64,000 bases of DNA from Camelus dromedarius (GCF_036321535.1 NC_087453.1:44020001-44084000); one strand, 5' to 3'; positions 48,595 through 62,056 are shown, counted from the stretch's first letter. Notes: generated by a model from the sequence alone, not told the origin. Numbers and translations are program-made.

Positions 48595-50280
48595 TTTTTT
48601 TTTTAAATTGAAGTACGGAGTTGGGTTACAATGTTGTGTTAGTTTCTGGTGTACGGCAAAATGATTCATTATACACATATATATATTCTTTTTCATATTC
48701 TGTTCCATTATAGATTATTGTAAGATACTGAATATAGTTCCCTGTGCTCTACAGTAGGACCTTGATGGAGTCTATTTTATATGTAGTGGTGTGTATCTGT
48801 TAATCCCAAACTCCTCATTTATTCTTCCCTTCTGTCCCTTTCCCCTTTGGTAACCATAGGTTTGTTTTTGATGTCTGTGAGTCTGTTTCTGTTAGGTAAA
48901 TAAATTCATTTGTATCATTTTTTTAGATTCCACATATAAGCAATATCATATAATATTTGCCTTTCTCTGTCTGACTGACTTCACTTAGTATGATAATCTC
49001 TAGGTCCATCCACGTTGTTGCAAATGGCAATATTTCATTCTTTTTTGTGGCTGAGTAGTATTCCATTGCATACATATACCACATCTGCTTTATCCAGTCA
49101 TTTGTTGATAGTTACTTAGGTGGCTTCCATGTCTTGGCTATTGTAAATAGTGCTGCTGTGAACATTGGGGTGCATATGTCTTTTTGGATTATATGCCCAG
49201 GAGTGGGATTGCTGGATCATATGGTAAGTCTATTTTTAGTTTTTTAAAGAACCTTCATACTGTCCTCCATAGTGGCTGCACCAATTTACATTCCCACCAA
49301 CAGTGTAGGAGGGTCCCCTTCTCCACATCCTCTCCAGAGCTCATTATNNNNNNNNNNNNNNNNNNNNNNNNNNNNNNNNNNNNNNNNNNNNNNNNNNNNN
49401 NNNNNNNNNNNNNNNNNNNNNNNNNNNNNNNNNNNNNNNNNNNNNNNNNNNNNNNNNNNNNNNNNNNNNNNNNNNNNNNNNNNNNNNNNNNNNNNNNNNN
49501 NNNNNNNNNNNNNTTTTTTGATTGGGTGGTTAGTTTTTTTTGGTATTGAGCTGTATGAGCAGTTTGTATATTTTGGAAATTAAGCCCCTGTCATTTGCAT
49601 AGTTTGCAAGAATTTTCTCCCATCCCATAGGTAGTCTTTTTCATTTTGTTTATGGTTTCCTTTGCTGTGCTAAAGCTTGTAAGTTGGATTAGGTCCCATT
49701 TGTTTGTCTTTGCTTTTATTTCTTTTGCCTTAGGAGACTGACCTAAGAAAACATTGCTACAATTTATGCCAGAGAATGTTTTGCCTATGTTCTCTTCTAG
49801 GAGTTTTAGGTGTCATGTCTTATGTTTAAGTTTTTAAGCCATTTTGAGTTCATTTTTGTGTATGGCGTGAGGGAGTGTTCTGACTTCACTGATTTACACG
49901 TGACTGTCAAACTTTCCCAGCACCACTTGCTGAAGAGACTGTCTTTTCTCCATTGTGTATTCTTGTCTCTTTTGTTAAAGATTAATTGACCATAGGTCTG
50001 TGTTTCTGGACTCTCTATTCTGTTCCTTTGGTCCACGTGTCTGTTTTTGTGCCAGTATTACGCTGTTTTGCTTACTGTAGTTTTGCAGCATTGTCTGAAG
50101 TCTGGGAGGGTTATACCTCCAGCTTTGTTCTTTTTCCTCAGGATTGCTTTGGCAATTCTGGGTCTTTCATGATTCCATGTAAATTTTAATGATTATTTGT
50201 TCTATTTCTGTGAAAAATGGCATAGGTAATTTGATCAGGGTCACAGCAAATCTTTAGATGGTTTTGGATAGTATGGTTTT
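48595..50280 (-). mobile_element. Cetartiodactyl L1 (ORF2 3' part plus 3' UTR), contains 166 N at 49348-49513
   Basis: Poly(T), 3' UTR, and minus-strand ORF2 peptide [40 protein letters not shown]. Confidence 0.95.
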
Positions 50281-51829
50281 CTCTTTTAGAGAGAAAGGTC
50301 GAAGATTGTCATTGTCTGTCACGCCAAACTGAAACCGTTTGGCCCTTCCTCGGCTTTCTGTGGTGACTGGCTTCACAAGGCACTAACCAAACAGGTGTGG
50401 GTTGGACAGGATGGGGCCGTCTAAGCTTGGGCAAAGGCGCTTTCTCCAATGGGGGCAAGGAACAGGGATGCCCTGGATGGTTGACTCTTACTTATAGAGA
50501 AATCCATGGTCTAAAGACTTTCCTTTGTTGCTGTTTTCCCCTAGGCCCAAAGGACGGGCACTTCACCTGTCTTGCAGGGCAGGCCTGTTGGCAAAGTCTT
50601 TGTGTCCTGTAAACTGTTGAATTGAGTCTTTTCAGCCATTATTGACCTTAGTTTATGGAGTGTCTCTATGAGTAAAACTCCATGCTGGTTATAGAAACAA
50701 GAGGAATGCCTAAACATTAAACAAGGCAAAACCAAAATAGAATAACAAAACAACCAACTAACCAAACAAAGTAACCCCCTCCCCAGCAAAAAAAAAAAAA
50801 AAAAAAAAAACCCAGCCACCATCCCACCGCTCCTCCTCCCTGCCCCCTGCGGTGTTAGCACAGTCATTTCATTGCCATCTCTTTTCTCTTACTTGGATGT
50901 TTGTGGCTTTGTTGAGCGGAGGGGCTTATGGATTTCCTGAGCTGGAGATTATTAGTGCTTTATGCCCAAATAATATGGCCAGAATATCTCTGTTTTCTAG
51001 GTACAGGGAACGCTGTCTGTAAATTGCAGCCATCCAGTGAGGGCTTAACAAAGAGCTTTCTGAACACTGCATTTTGCTTGTGGAGGGAAAAAATGCCTGC
51101 ATTTAACTTCTTCCTCCTAATCTTCGGCTGACAGAAACCAGGAAACTGTTCAGTTTCATGTTTACTTCAGAAAAACCCACTGCAGCCAAGCGGCTGACTG
51201 CTCCGTTTTGCAAACCCAAGGCACCATCATCAAGCCGCACGTCTGGTCTTTCCCTGTGTTGGCTGATGCTTGTGTCCAAAAGGCAGGCTCTCAACAATCG
51301 CATTCTGATTGACTGACCTGGATTTCTGCAGGAAGCTGAACAGGAAAGCCAATGGATTTGACCAGAACTTGCTTTGCTGGGGTTTTTAGTCCCTTTCAGA
51401 AACAAGCCTGGGACACGTTTTATGAGAGGGCTGAAGAATGTTCTTTAACAACAACGGTACAAGTGAGAGTCACCGCAGGGAGGGTTTTGGAGCTGGATGA
51501 AATCTCAGGCTGTCTGCCCTAAGTGCTCAGCTATTCAAGGAGACTCATGGTCTTCTTTTAGGGGCACCTGCTGAGACCAAGTTTCTAAGTTCATAAAACC
51601 GCAGCCCTCTGAACAATCAGAGATGGTCTTTTGACTCTCTGTTCACCGTGATATTTGTTCTGAGATTGAATCTCAAGCCATTTCAATCCATCTAACCAAG
51701 GAGCCTGGTATCCATAGTGAGGTGTGGTCCCGTGGACTTACTTCATAATGATCCTTGGTGGTGCTGGGGGTAAAATCGAGGGATTCATCACCTCCTGACT
51801 GCTCTCACGGACCCTGGTCAAGACCATCG

Positions 51830-53420
51830 CTGTTTCAGGCCCCGCTGACCATTTTGCATCCCACCAGCAGTGAACAGGTGATCTTGTTCCACATTCTCAG
51901 CAGCAGTTGGTGTTGTCAGTGCTCCAGATTTTGGCCATTTTAATAAGAGTATCTTATTGTTGTTTTAATTTGCATTTCTCTGATGACACGTGATGTGGAG
52001 CATCTTTTCATATGCTTATTTTCCATCTGTACATCTTCTTTGGTGACTGTTAAAGTGTTTCACCCATTTTTAAATTGGTCTGTCCATTTTCTCATTGTTG
52101 AGTTTTAAAAGTTCTTTATATATTTTGGATAACTGTCCTTTATCAGATGTGTCTTTTGCAAATATCTTCTGCCAGTCTGTGGCTTTTCTTCTCTTTCTCT
52201 TGTGTCTTTCACAGAGCAGAGGCTTTACATTTTAATGAATTCTAGCTCATCAATTATTTCTCTCACAGATCATGCCTTTGGTATCTAAAAAGTCATCATC
52301 ATACCCTCGATCATCTAGGTTTTATCATTTTGCATCTTGTACTTACGTGGATAATACATTTTGTGTTAAGTTTTTGTGAAGGATGTAAGGTCCGTGTCTA
52401 GATGCACCTTAATCTATTCGCAAATGGCTGTCCGGTTGTTCCAGCACCGTTTGTTGAAGAGACTATATTTGCTCCATTGTATCGCCTTCACTCTTTTGTC
52501 AAGGATCAGTTGACTATATTTATGTGAGTCTATTTCTAGTCTCACTAGTATGTTTCATTGATCTGTTTGTCTCTTATTTCACCAATACCATGATATCTTG
52601 ATTACCATTGCTTTGTAATAAGTCTTGAAGTTGGGTAATGTCAATCTCCAATTTTGTTCTCCTTCAATGTTGTGTTGGTTATTCTGGGTTTTTGTCTGTC
52701 CATGTAAACTTTAGAATCTGTTGATATCCATAAAACAACTTGCTGGGATTTTTTGAGATTGCATTGAATCATAGGTCAAGTTGGGAAGAACTGACATCTT
52801 GACAATGTTGAGTCTTCATATCCATGAACATGGAATAGTTCTCCATTTCTTTAATTCGTCTTTAATGTCNNNNNNNNNNNNNNNNNNNNNNNNNNNNNNN
52901 NNNNNNNNNNNNNNNNNNNNNNNNNNNNNNNNNNNNNNNNNNNNNNNNNNNNNNNNNNNNNNNNNNNNNNNNNNNNNNNNNNNNNNNNNNNNNNNNNNNN
53001 NNNNNNNNNNNNNNNNNNNNNNTGATAGACTCTTGTATATTAACCTTATGTCATTGTATCCTCCAACCTTGCTATAGGTGCTTATTAGTTCCAGGAGGGT
53101 TTTTTTTGGGGGGGGGGTCAGTTCTTTCAGATTTTCTATAGAGACAATTATGTCATCTGTGAATAAAGGTAGTCCTATTTCTTCCTTTCCAATTTGTATG
53201 TTTTATTTCCTTTTCTTGTCTTATCGCATTAGCTAGAACTTCCAGTATGACATTGAAATGGAGCAGTAGGAGGGGCTGTCTTTAACTTGTGCTTGATCAT
53301 AGTGGAAAGCTTTGAGTTTCTCATCATTAAGTATGATGTTAGCTGTGGGGGTTTTTCAAGTTGAGGAAGTTTCTCCTTCCCAGTTTGCTAAGAGTTTTTA
53401 CCACAAGTGGCTGTTTGATT
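51830..53420 (-). mobile_element. L1MC/L1MB ORF2 fragment, contains 153 N at 52870-53022
   Basis: Antisense ORF2: ttaatttgcatttctctgatgac...ccagcaccgtttgttgaagagact...gttgggaagaactgacatcttgacaatgttgag...agctagaacttccagtatgacattgaa. Confidence 0.9.
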
Positions 53421-53589
53421 TTAAGAGCAGCAGTTGTGTCTAGCTATTTTTCTCAACCTCCTTCCAACTAGATATGGCTGTGTAAGTCCGGGCTATTGAG
53501 AAATAAGCAGAAGGTAGGATTTCTAGAATTGTTTCTTAAAGTAGGTCTAATGACAGCCAGGAAATGCCTCTTTAGTCTTTCCTTCCTTT

Positions 53590-54420
53590 TTCCTGTGCCT
53601 AGGTGGGATGGCTGGAGATAGTCACCATCTTGGACCATGAGGATAAGCCATGTATGAAGTTGGAAATTGTGTGATAAGGAAGGTGGAATAGAAGGAGCTA
53701 AAGACTTATGTCCTTGAAGATTTTATACCACAACTGTTATACTCGTTGTAGACTATCACCTCTGGGATTGGAGTCTATGATAGTTTTTCTTTGCTGTGTA
53801 ACTCATGGCCACAAACTTAGCAGCTTAAAACAACACAAACTTATTATCACAGTTTCGGTGGGTCAGGAGTCCAGGTATAGATTAGGGTTCTCTGTTAAGG
53901 GTCTTCTGATGATCGTCATGTCCTGTCCGGACCTTCACAGTGACCTTACCATTGGGTCTCTTTTCTTTCTGCTGCTTCTGGCTTGTGGCTGATTGCACCA
54001 TCAGTCCCAATTCTTAATTCCTTTGTAATGAAATCACTTTTCCATTCTCTTTCCATGGTCTTATGGTGGATGGTGCTTGATTTGAGGCTTGGTTACTTGT
54101 TTTGACCACTGGGATGTTCATAAGTGTGATATGAGCAATGGCTTGAAATGTGCTTGTGCAGTCGGGCTCGACTTCATGCACTTCTGCCATAACCATGAAA
54201 AGAAAATGCTCTGGGTAGCTTCTGGTTAAGGAGGATGAAAGACACATGGAGCAGAACTGAACCCCATGCATTGTCTGGAGCCAAGCCCAGCCAATCCAAG
54301 CCAAGGTCAGCCATACTTAGCCAAAATACAGGTGCAGGAGTGAGAAAAGTATGCTGATTATTGAATGCCACTCCCATTTTGGAGTTTTTGTCCCTCAGCA
54401 AGAGCTGACTGCAATGTGCT
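53590..54420. mobile_element. MaLR LTR fragments (nested MLT1 pieces)
   Basis: ttgctgtgtaactcatggccacaaacttagcagcttaaaacaacacaaacttattatcacagtttc; gtcgggctcgacttcatgcacttctgccataaccatgaaaag...gcagaactgaacccc. Confidence 0.65.
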
Positions 54421-54639
54421 TCTCATCTATTCTCCCCACTGCCAAAGTCTCTGTTGTGAAACGGAGGTCTGTCTTGTTGCTGGTTGGTATGCGGTGTCAG
54501 ATTGTTCCTACAGGGTGAAATTTCAAGTGCTTTTCTCGACGTGTGAGCCCTGCCTTGCCGAGTCTCAGCTTCTCACTCCCATCTCACTCCCATCTCACTC
54601 CACCGTGACCCCGACTCACAGGCCGGTATGTAAAGGTCT

Positions 54640-54980
54640 GAAACATTTTGGATTTTGACTCCCTCATGCCTTTGTCTTCTCTTTCCTTCTGCTGGACTCT
54701 CACCCCAGACCTACTTTGTCAGTGCCCACTTATTCTTCAAAGCAAGCTCAAGTACCACCACCCTGTGAAGCCTTGTTTTGCTCTCGCAGAAGTGGCCCAT
54801 AGATGACCCCATGGCCCTTCACAGCCAGTGCTGTTAGGGTGCCCGGTTTGTGCACTGCAGCAGACTGTCTGCGACTGGCCTGGGCTGGAGCTTAGAGAAG
54901 CGACTCTTTTATTTACCCTTGTGTCCTTTGTATCTGTGCTAACTCACTTCCTGGCACATGGTGGATGCTCAAAACAGGTG
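54640..54980 (+). mobile_element. L2 3' fragment
   Basis: cttattcttcaaagcaagctcaagtaccacc...gagcttagagaagcgactc...cctggcacatggtggatgctcaaaac. Confidence 0.55.
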
Positions 54981-55519
54981 CAACGAGTCAGTTTGAAGGG
55001 GCATCAGGCAGCCTGCCCTTCTTGGCCGCGCGATGAGCTCGTGGAGAGCGGGTTAGTTCTGAGGTCTCACGGAAGCAGCGTTCCCGTGGTTTCAGAGAAA
55101 CCCTGCCCGGAAGGGAGCTCTGCTTGGAAGGGTCTGTTGCAGACTCCGCCGGCTCCATCCCAGGACTGACGGGGAGGCTGCACAGCACTAGGGCTGGGGC
55201 ACAGGACTCAGAGTCAAGAGAAGCCGCGTGTCTCTCTGAGCTTCAGGCTCTTTGTACGATGAGGCTCTCGGATCTGAGAGTCTCCCCGGGCACTTTTGAC
55301 TCTGACGTACAACTGCTGCATTCTGCAGGAGTTTGGAAGCAAGGAGTCCCCCCAGAATCGCCCAGGTCCCCAGGAGGCACGAAGAGCGGTGAAGGGTGGG
55401 GCAGCTGGGTAACGGGAGCCAGCCCCTCATTCTGGGCGGGGAGCTCGGGTCTCACCCACGTCCCTGTACGTGTACTCCTGTTACCCATCTTCTGGACGAA
55501 ACGGACACCAACACTTGGT

Positions 55520-55800
55520 GGCTTAGAACAATAGCTTAGTGTTACTTCTCCCATTTGTGTGGGTTGGCTGGGCTTACCTGGGCAGGGATGCGCTGGCGCA
55601 GTTGAGGTCAGATGGGGCTGCACATCCCCGATGCCTCATGCACATGGCTAGCGGTTGACGCTGGCTGTCGGCTAGGGCTGTCCCTAGAGCGCTGGTGTGT
55701 GGCCTTGCCAATATGGTGGCCGGATTCCAAGTGGGAGTGACCTGAGAATGTGAGTTCCCAGTGAGAGTCCCACACACAAGTTGCAAGACTTCTTACAATC
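55520..55800. mobile_element. MaLR LTR (MLT1) fragment
   Basis: ggtggcttagaacaatagc...gttggctgggcttacctggg...aatatggtggccggattccaagtgggagt...ttgcaagacttcttac. Confidence 0.55.
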
Positions 55801-56387
55801 TAGGCCCAGAAATTCTACGACATATTTTTGCCACATTCTTGGACAGGCAATCACTAAAGCCAGTCCCCACCTCTCCCAGGAGGAATGCTGAGGACTTTAC
55901 AACCATCTTCAGTCGCCCTGGGCAAGGTGCTGAGATCGTGGACCTGGGAAACGTTTCAGGCCTGGAAAAGCCCAGGCGAACGTAGCTGGATGTTTCAGGG
56001 AACCTGCTGGGGGCGCTCTCCTATAGGGGACAGTCTAGATCTCACCTCGTCTGTAATCACTGCATCTCTCTGAACTCTACCTTCAAATGTTTTTTTTTTG
56101 AAAGAGAGTTTCAAGGCTTTTAAAGGTAATGTCATGACTGGGGTCCAGTGTGGGTCCCTAATGTGTGCTGAGCGAGCTGTTCCCTGGGCGCTCCGAGGCC
56201 AGCCTCAGTGCCTGAAGCCGAGCACAGAGACTCAGGTTCAACCCAACCTTACAGAAGGAGGTGCTTTCTTAGACTGAGGCCTCCCAGGAGCCTGGGCAGA
56301 GCTTGGAGAGAACCCTTCTCTTCCCATAGAAAACAACGCACTGGACCTTCATCAAATTTCTCACCGGTCTATGTGCCTCTTGGTATC

Positions 56388-56798
56388 TGTTGCCAAAATT
56401 ACATACAAGATGGAGACCAGAGCTGAGAATTCCCATTTAAGCCACACAAACAGAACTGAATCTGTCTTCTACATACTTAGGCTATTTTTTGTCAATGTCT
56501 CTGATAATCATAGAAGGAACCTAGGCCACCTTCCTGAAAATCTGTGAGGTGATCATTTTAAACCAACCCCCCGCCATCTGGGAGCTCCCACTGCAATCAC
56601 CGCTCATTGTAAAGACTGAACGACCTCCTCATTTTCACTTTACAAACCATCCTGTAACATCACACCCCTGAACCTCATATCAGTTTAAAATTTTGAAGTT
56701 CCCAGTTTGCAAACTGTCCTCATATGCACAGTAGCCTCTTACTAAATACTATTTCTTAATCTGGTGGTTTTCATTTTGCTGTTTCTGGGGTTTTGACA
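56388..56798. mobile_element. Possible ERV1-class solo LTR
   Basis: TG...CA bounded (tgttgcc...ttttgaca) with LTR-like composition. No clear TSD. Confidence 0.4.
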
Positions 56799-58439
56799 CC
56801 ATTGATCTGGTTTTCCACTTGAAAACTGGGTCCACGGTTGCAGCCTGTGGCCTTTGCCACACCCCCGTCCTCTGGTGCATCGTGAACTTGAAAGGGAGTT
56901 ACTAACTGAAAACCCTTTTTGAAAAAGGCCAAGGGCATCCTCTTCCTGTGCTGTTACCTGCTGTTCGTCCCGTTGCACTGAGATCGCATCGAGGGTAGGA
57001 ATTGGGTTCTCCTCATTCCTGTATACCATTTGGGGCCTCCTTTGTACACACAAGGCTCTCGGTGAGGTGGAGACTGCGGTTGGAGGAATTAAAAAGCTCC
57101 AAACTGCCCTACTGACTGTTCCCGTGGGAATCCCTCCATGAGTCTCCAAATGGCCCTAAATCCAGTGCTTTGAAGAAGATGTTTTACTCCTAAAAGGAAG
57201 AGTGCTGTATTTTCCATCTTGATGGATTGGTGGCCCGGCCAGGGCAAGGAGAGGTGACTCACCACAGACAGGGATCGGGGGCACAGCGGGGGAGGAGGTC
57301 TTGGCTGGCCGTGCTGCTCGGGGACGCGCTCCAAGGCTGGGCTCGCCATGCTCGTTGCCTGCGTTTAGTCACGGGGGTCATCAGGTTCTGTGGCGTGTGG
57401 CCCTGACTCTTAGCTCTGAGAAGCGTAGAAAGATGGGTTAAGGACAGTGTGGGTCTAAAACCTGCCATAAATTCGTCATGAGTCGATGTCCCCTTTTAGG
57501 CACTGCACTGTGTATGTGGATCTGCGTGTGTCTGTTGGAGGCCTGGGAACCAGATAGCTCGAGGACAGCTGGCTCCTCCACCGCATGCTCTTGGCTGTCT
57601 GGGTGTTAGTGTCAGTGGAAAGAATGCAAAGGCAGTAACTTGTCCCGGGGAGGGCGGCGCTCACCCTGCCTCCTCCCTCCCCCTGGGATTAGCGGTTGGC
57701 TTATTTCTTCGGAATGATGAAGTCGAATGGTTCTTTCTGGAGCAGGCAGCTCTCCCGTGGTGGGCCTGGGGGCAGCAAGAAGGGGTCTTTCTGGACTGAA
57801 GCCAGACAGTACCGAGGCCCTGAGTCATCAACAGTGGACTCTGCCTTGGTTTGAGCAGAGCCTGAGACCACGGTTTGGGTGCAGGTGGTTCTCTGGGAGG
57901 CGATCCCAGGGGGCGGGAGGGAGGAGGAAGGAGGGTGAGACAGAGGAGGGGAAATTAAAATGAGGGGGTGTTACTGTGAGAAGCAGGGCTCCACTCTGCC
58001 AAGACCTCAGAAGCACAGGTCAGACCCCGTGGTTGTGGGCAGCGCCTGGGGTGTTGACTTCTCTGCCATCCTGGCTGCTCTTACGCTGGACCTCGAAGGG
58101 TCTGCAGTGTTGTAGAAGGCTCTCTGGGAAGAAAGGGGGTACACAGGTGGGGTGGCCTTGAGGTGGGAAGCTGTCAGCGAGACTGAGTCTGTGCTCTCAA
58201 GGAGCTGTCCACGAAGCAGGTTAGAACCAGAGGTGGGCCGAGCAGACGCGATGTAGGACATCTTCTACTTTCAACAGGGACAGCTTCTGATGAGTAGCAG
58301 CGGGCGCTTGGCCCTCAACTTAGAGAGAAGGAAGCAGGAGCAGTGGGTTAGGTGGTGAGCTTGACTATTTCTGCAATGTTTAGAACAGATTTGTCACTGG
58401 TGAGAAGACCCGCCACTGTCGTCTACTCCCGGCTCTGCT

Positions 58440-60410
58440 TTTACCACCTTAAAGTATTTTCTCACCTGAGACCAAAAATATCCTACAAAACTGTGTGCTT
58501 CATATTTACCATCAGTTTTACCATTTTTCCCCTCTTAATTTCTTTAAGCAAATCCAAATATTTGAAACAGTTGAAGAGATAATGACCAGGAATTGTTTAA
58601 AATAATGAAAGCCACAAGCAAGAGGCTTGTAACCAAACTTGGAAAAATAAAACACACACACCCACACACCCACACCCTTAGTCAAACCGCTGAAACCTAA
58701 AGGTAAAAACTTGAAGGCATCCAGAGAAAAAAGGAATATCACATAAAGAAAAAAGGGTATTTTTTTCTGTTCCATTCTCTTGCTCTCTTTTCTCCTCTTC
58801 AATCACATGTATGTTAGACCACCTCCTTTGTCCCATAGCTTTTGCAAGTTTATTGTTTTATCATTCTTTTTTCTTTTTAGGTATTAGTACGTATAATTTT
58901 TATTGATTTATCTTTCAGTTCCCTGATTCCTTTCTCGGCTGTATCCAGCCTGCCAATAAGGCCAGAAAAAGGGTTAATTTCTGAGACTGCATTTTTGTTT
59001 TTGGTTTGTTTTGTTTTGTTTTGGTTTTGAGACTGCATTTTGTATCCCTAGCATTGCCATTTACCTCCTTTTGACTCCCTGCTGAAATTCCCTGTTAGTT
59101 CTTTTCCCATTTGATTCGCTACATTCATGTTCAATTTTCCCGCTAGATTTTTTTTTTTAACATAGTGATCATAGTTATTTTAAAGTCTGTGTCTGACAGT
59201 TCCCACATTGGAGGCCTCTGAGTCTGGTTCTGTTGGTCATTTTCTCTCTCTACAATGGGTTGTTCTTTCTTGTGTTTTCGTGTATCTCGAAAGGTTTTTT
59301 TTTTTTAATTGCATTGGTTGCAGAAAAGCAGTAGAGACTGAAGTGAGTACTACCCCCACCTGGAAGGGGGCCTGTCCCGCCTGTCAGGCAGCTGGCATGG
59401 TGGCTGGGCCAGTCTCATCAGGACTGAGCTGGGCTTTGAGGTTGTTTCTGCGTCGTCCCCTCAGTGCGCCCCAGACCTCAGGCCCGTCTGCAGTGGGCTG
59501 CTGTTGTCTTGTGCCTTGTGTGCGGATTGGGGGGCTCGGGGGCTGGCTCAGTGTTCCTGCTTCACACTCAGCTTTCAGGAGCATCTGGTGGTCAGTTCTC
59601 CAAGATCTTGACCCTCCGCAGTAACAGGTGTGTTGCCTGTTAGCTTGGTGCTCCTGATGGGGACTTGGGGGGAAGAGCACCTCACGTTTCCTGGTCCATC
59701 CTCAGGCTTGGGCAGGGGCTATATACTGCAGTCTCAGGGATACGGATTTATCAGTGCATCTCCCACTGCCGCAGAAACCAAACTCTGCAGAGTTTATCTG
59801 TGTTGGATGTCAGTTGGGAGAGAGTGTCCTGCCTCTTCCCCAGCAGTAGCCAACCTGTGTTTTGCGCTGGTGCACGATTCTGGGATAAGAGTATTTCCTT
59901 CTCCTCCTCCAGCAGCTTACGGTTGTTGCTTCATCTGAGGGAGCATCAGGAGGGTGGGGAGGGCGTCATGCCTGTACCGCCAGGGCAGGGGGTCCCCCCT
60001 GCACACCTCCACCACCCGGGGACACTCATTGGAGTGTCCCCTCTTGCACAAGACTTTTCCATGTGCTCCTGGGGAAGGTCTGTGGCAAAGAATTTGCAAG
60101 TGACTGTGAACTCTCTTTGTGTCTGGGAGTCCCAGTAATTCTAAACTGATATGCTGGTCTGCACTTGGCTGTTGAGAATTCATTAAAATTTTAGCTGATT
60201 TCTGCTCATCTACTTCTGCGGTGGACTCCCCTGCCAGGCCGCTGTGACCTGACAAAGGTCCAACCATTGGTGTGACCCATCTCTCCTTGACGGGCGTTCA
60301 TTGTTTGGAATTCAGTTCACTTGGCTGCAGTCAGCTCTGTGGACTCAAAAAGATGCGTCTGTAGATTTCCTGACCTTTCGTCATTGTTAGAGTGGGAAGA
60401 ATTGTCCCCT
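58440..60410 (-). mobile_element. Old L1M(E/D) 5' UTR plus ORF1, with an internal inverted block at 58556-58757
   Basis: The minus strand gives ORF1-like LWD...EEKREQENGTEK; the plus-strand block gives IFETVEEIM...VKPLKPKGKNLKASREKRNIT. 60250-60410 resembles the antisense L1M 5' end. Confidence 0.75.
58982..59041 (-). mobile_element. Poly(A)-derived insertion flanked by a 14-bp TSD
   Basis: tgagactgcatttt at 58982-58995 and 59028-59041 flanks 32 bp of (GTTTT)n. Confidence 0.7.
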
Positions 60411-61209
60411 TGTGACTCTCTGTGTCTTCTGTGGAAGTGGGGCAACTGTTCCTCCTGTCGTGCCCAGGAGACTGCGCCAGCCCCTGTTCATTGACTCTGC
60501 TCCATGACTTGTCCCTTCTGGCCAGTCTCCCTCAAAGGTGGACAACTCTTTCCACCTTTGGAATCCAGGTGACCTCCTGGACTTCTCCCTAGTCTTTGGG
60601 ATAGTGAAGCCCCCTCGCGGTTCTGCAACCAGCATGCTGGGACACCTCCTACCTGGGAGAGGACGGTGGGCGCGCTTTCTTCCATCTAGGGGCAGAGTGG
60701 CGCCGTTGGAGGGGATCAGGTATGTTGTCCTGATGCCAAGACAGGGTTGACCAGATGTCCCTTCCCTGGGGCTGAGCCATTACTCTCCAGTAGTGTGAGT
60801 TCAAGCAAGCCTCCTCAACGCTGGATCCCAGTTATCTTGTGGGTAAAATGGGAGGTTGGATTAACCTCTCTTAGAGTGGACGGTGGACGGCCTCCAGCTC
60901 CTGATGGGCCAGCGATTCCTGGGCCCAAAACAGAATCTGCGTGCACACAGGTGTTTCCTCACTCAAGACATAGTAAGAGGGCAGCTGCTCTCGTGTGGGG
61001 ATGAGAGATGCTCTGTGTTAAAAGTGGGGCTCACATTCAGGAAGGAGGAAACCACAGTTGACCTACTGTGGTTTTCACACAGGGTTATCCTGCCCCCCGC
61101 CATTTCATCCACAGCTCAGACTCCACAGTTTGCTTCATGGGCTTCCCTTCAAGTGTCTGCTTGAAGGAAAGGTTTTGTGAAGAAAAAAAAAAAGAACCCC
61201 CTTAGAAAT

Positions 61210-61400
61210 TAGATCAGCAGTTGCCTGGGGAGCGGGGGCCAGAGGGTCAGAGGAAGGAGGTGAGAGCATTTTGGAGGGTGGAAGTGTCCTCTGTCTTGAC
61301 TGTGGTGGTTGTTATATGGGTGTGTTGTGTGGATTTGGTGAAACTCATGGGACTGTATATTAAAATGTGCAAACTGTGTTGTGTATCCATTATACCTCAA
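61210..61400 (+). mobile_element. L1MB/L1ME 3' end
   Basis: gcagttgcctgggg...tcttgactgtggtggttg...aactcatgggactgtatattaaaatgtgc...tatacctcaatgaaactg. Confidence 0.75.
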
Positions 61401-62056
61401 TGAAACTGATTTAAAAATTGAAAGCCACTGCTTCAGATTAGCGTTTCTCAAATTTTTAAATATCCACGCTCCTTTTGATTAGACTAAAAACCTCACAATG
61501 TTCTTTAGTTACTGAGAATTTCAAAATAAATTAGTTGTAGTGGGAAAGAGCAAATCAAAACAATGATAATTTTAGAATATGCTCTGTTAATTTGGAGGTA
61601 AGGATCGTAAGACAGGTACCAGGCTTCCAACTACTCAGAATTTGTATTTGCATTTTATCCTTTTAACTTCATTTGTGTGTGTGTGTAAGAACATTAATTA
61701 CTGGTGCATCTGAAGCTCCTTGGCTGCCACCATTCATCACAATTCTGACCCCTCCTTGCCTTCCCTCCCTTTCTTCCTGGAGGCGATAGTGTGAAGGTTG
61801 GGTGTACATTCTTCCAGCGCATTTTTTGACATCTTTTCATATATATACATACATATCTAAGAATAATACATAGTATTATTTTGAACTTTTATTTGTAAAT
61901 TTATACAATTGGTTTCAAAATATACAGATCATTCTGCAATTTGCTTTTTTCAATTACCATTTTATTTTTGAGGTTTACACATAATGACATGTCTTGGTAA
62001 TTTTTCTTACTGTTGCACAGATTTCCATCATACTAATATACCACAATTTAATTTTC

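Noticed and set aside
50781-50816. cccagc-A(n)-cccagc as another tail-only insertion
   Set aside because: The flanking repeat is only 6 bp in a C-rich context and does not fit an L1 endonuclease site, so chance or slippage is as likely.
56742-57149. 135-aa minus-strand ORF next to an LTR-like segment, considered as ERV gag/pol
   Set aside because: I could not see any retroviral motif (major homology region, YXDD, DTG, integrase core) or a primer-binding site.
12656-57830. Several AP-1 sites (TGASTCA) suggesting an enhancer cluster
   Set aside because: About 8 are expected by chance in 64 kb, and the number I noticed is of that order.
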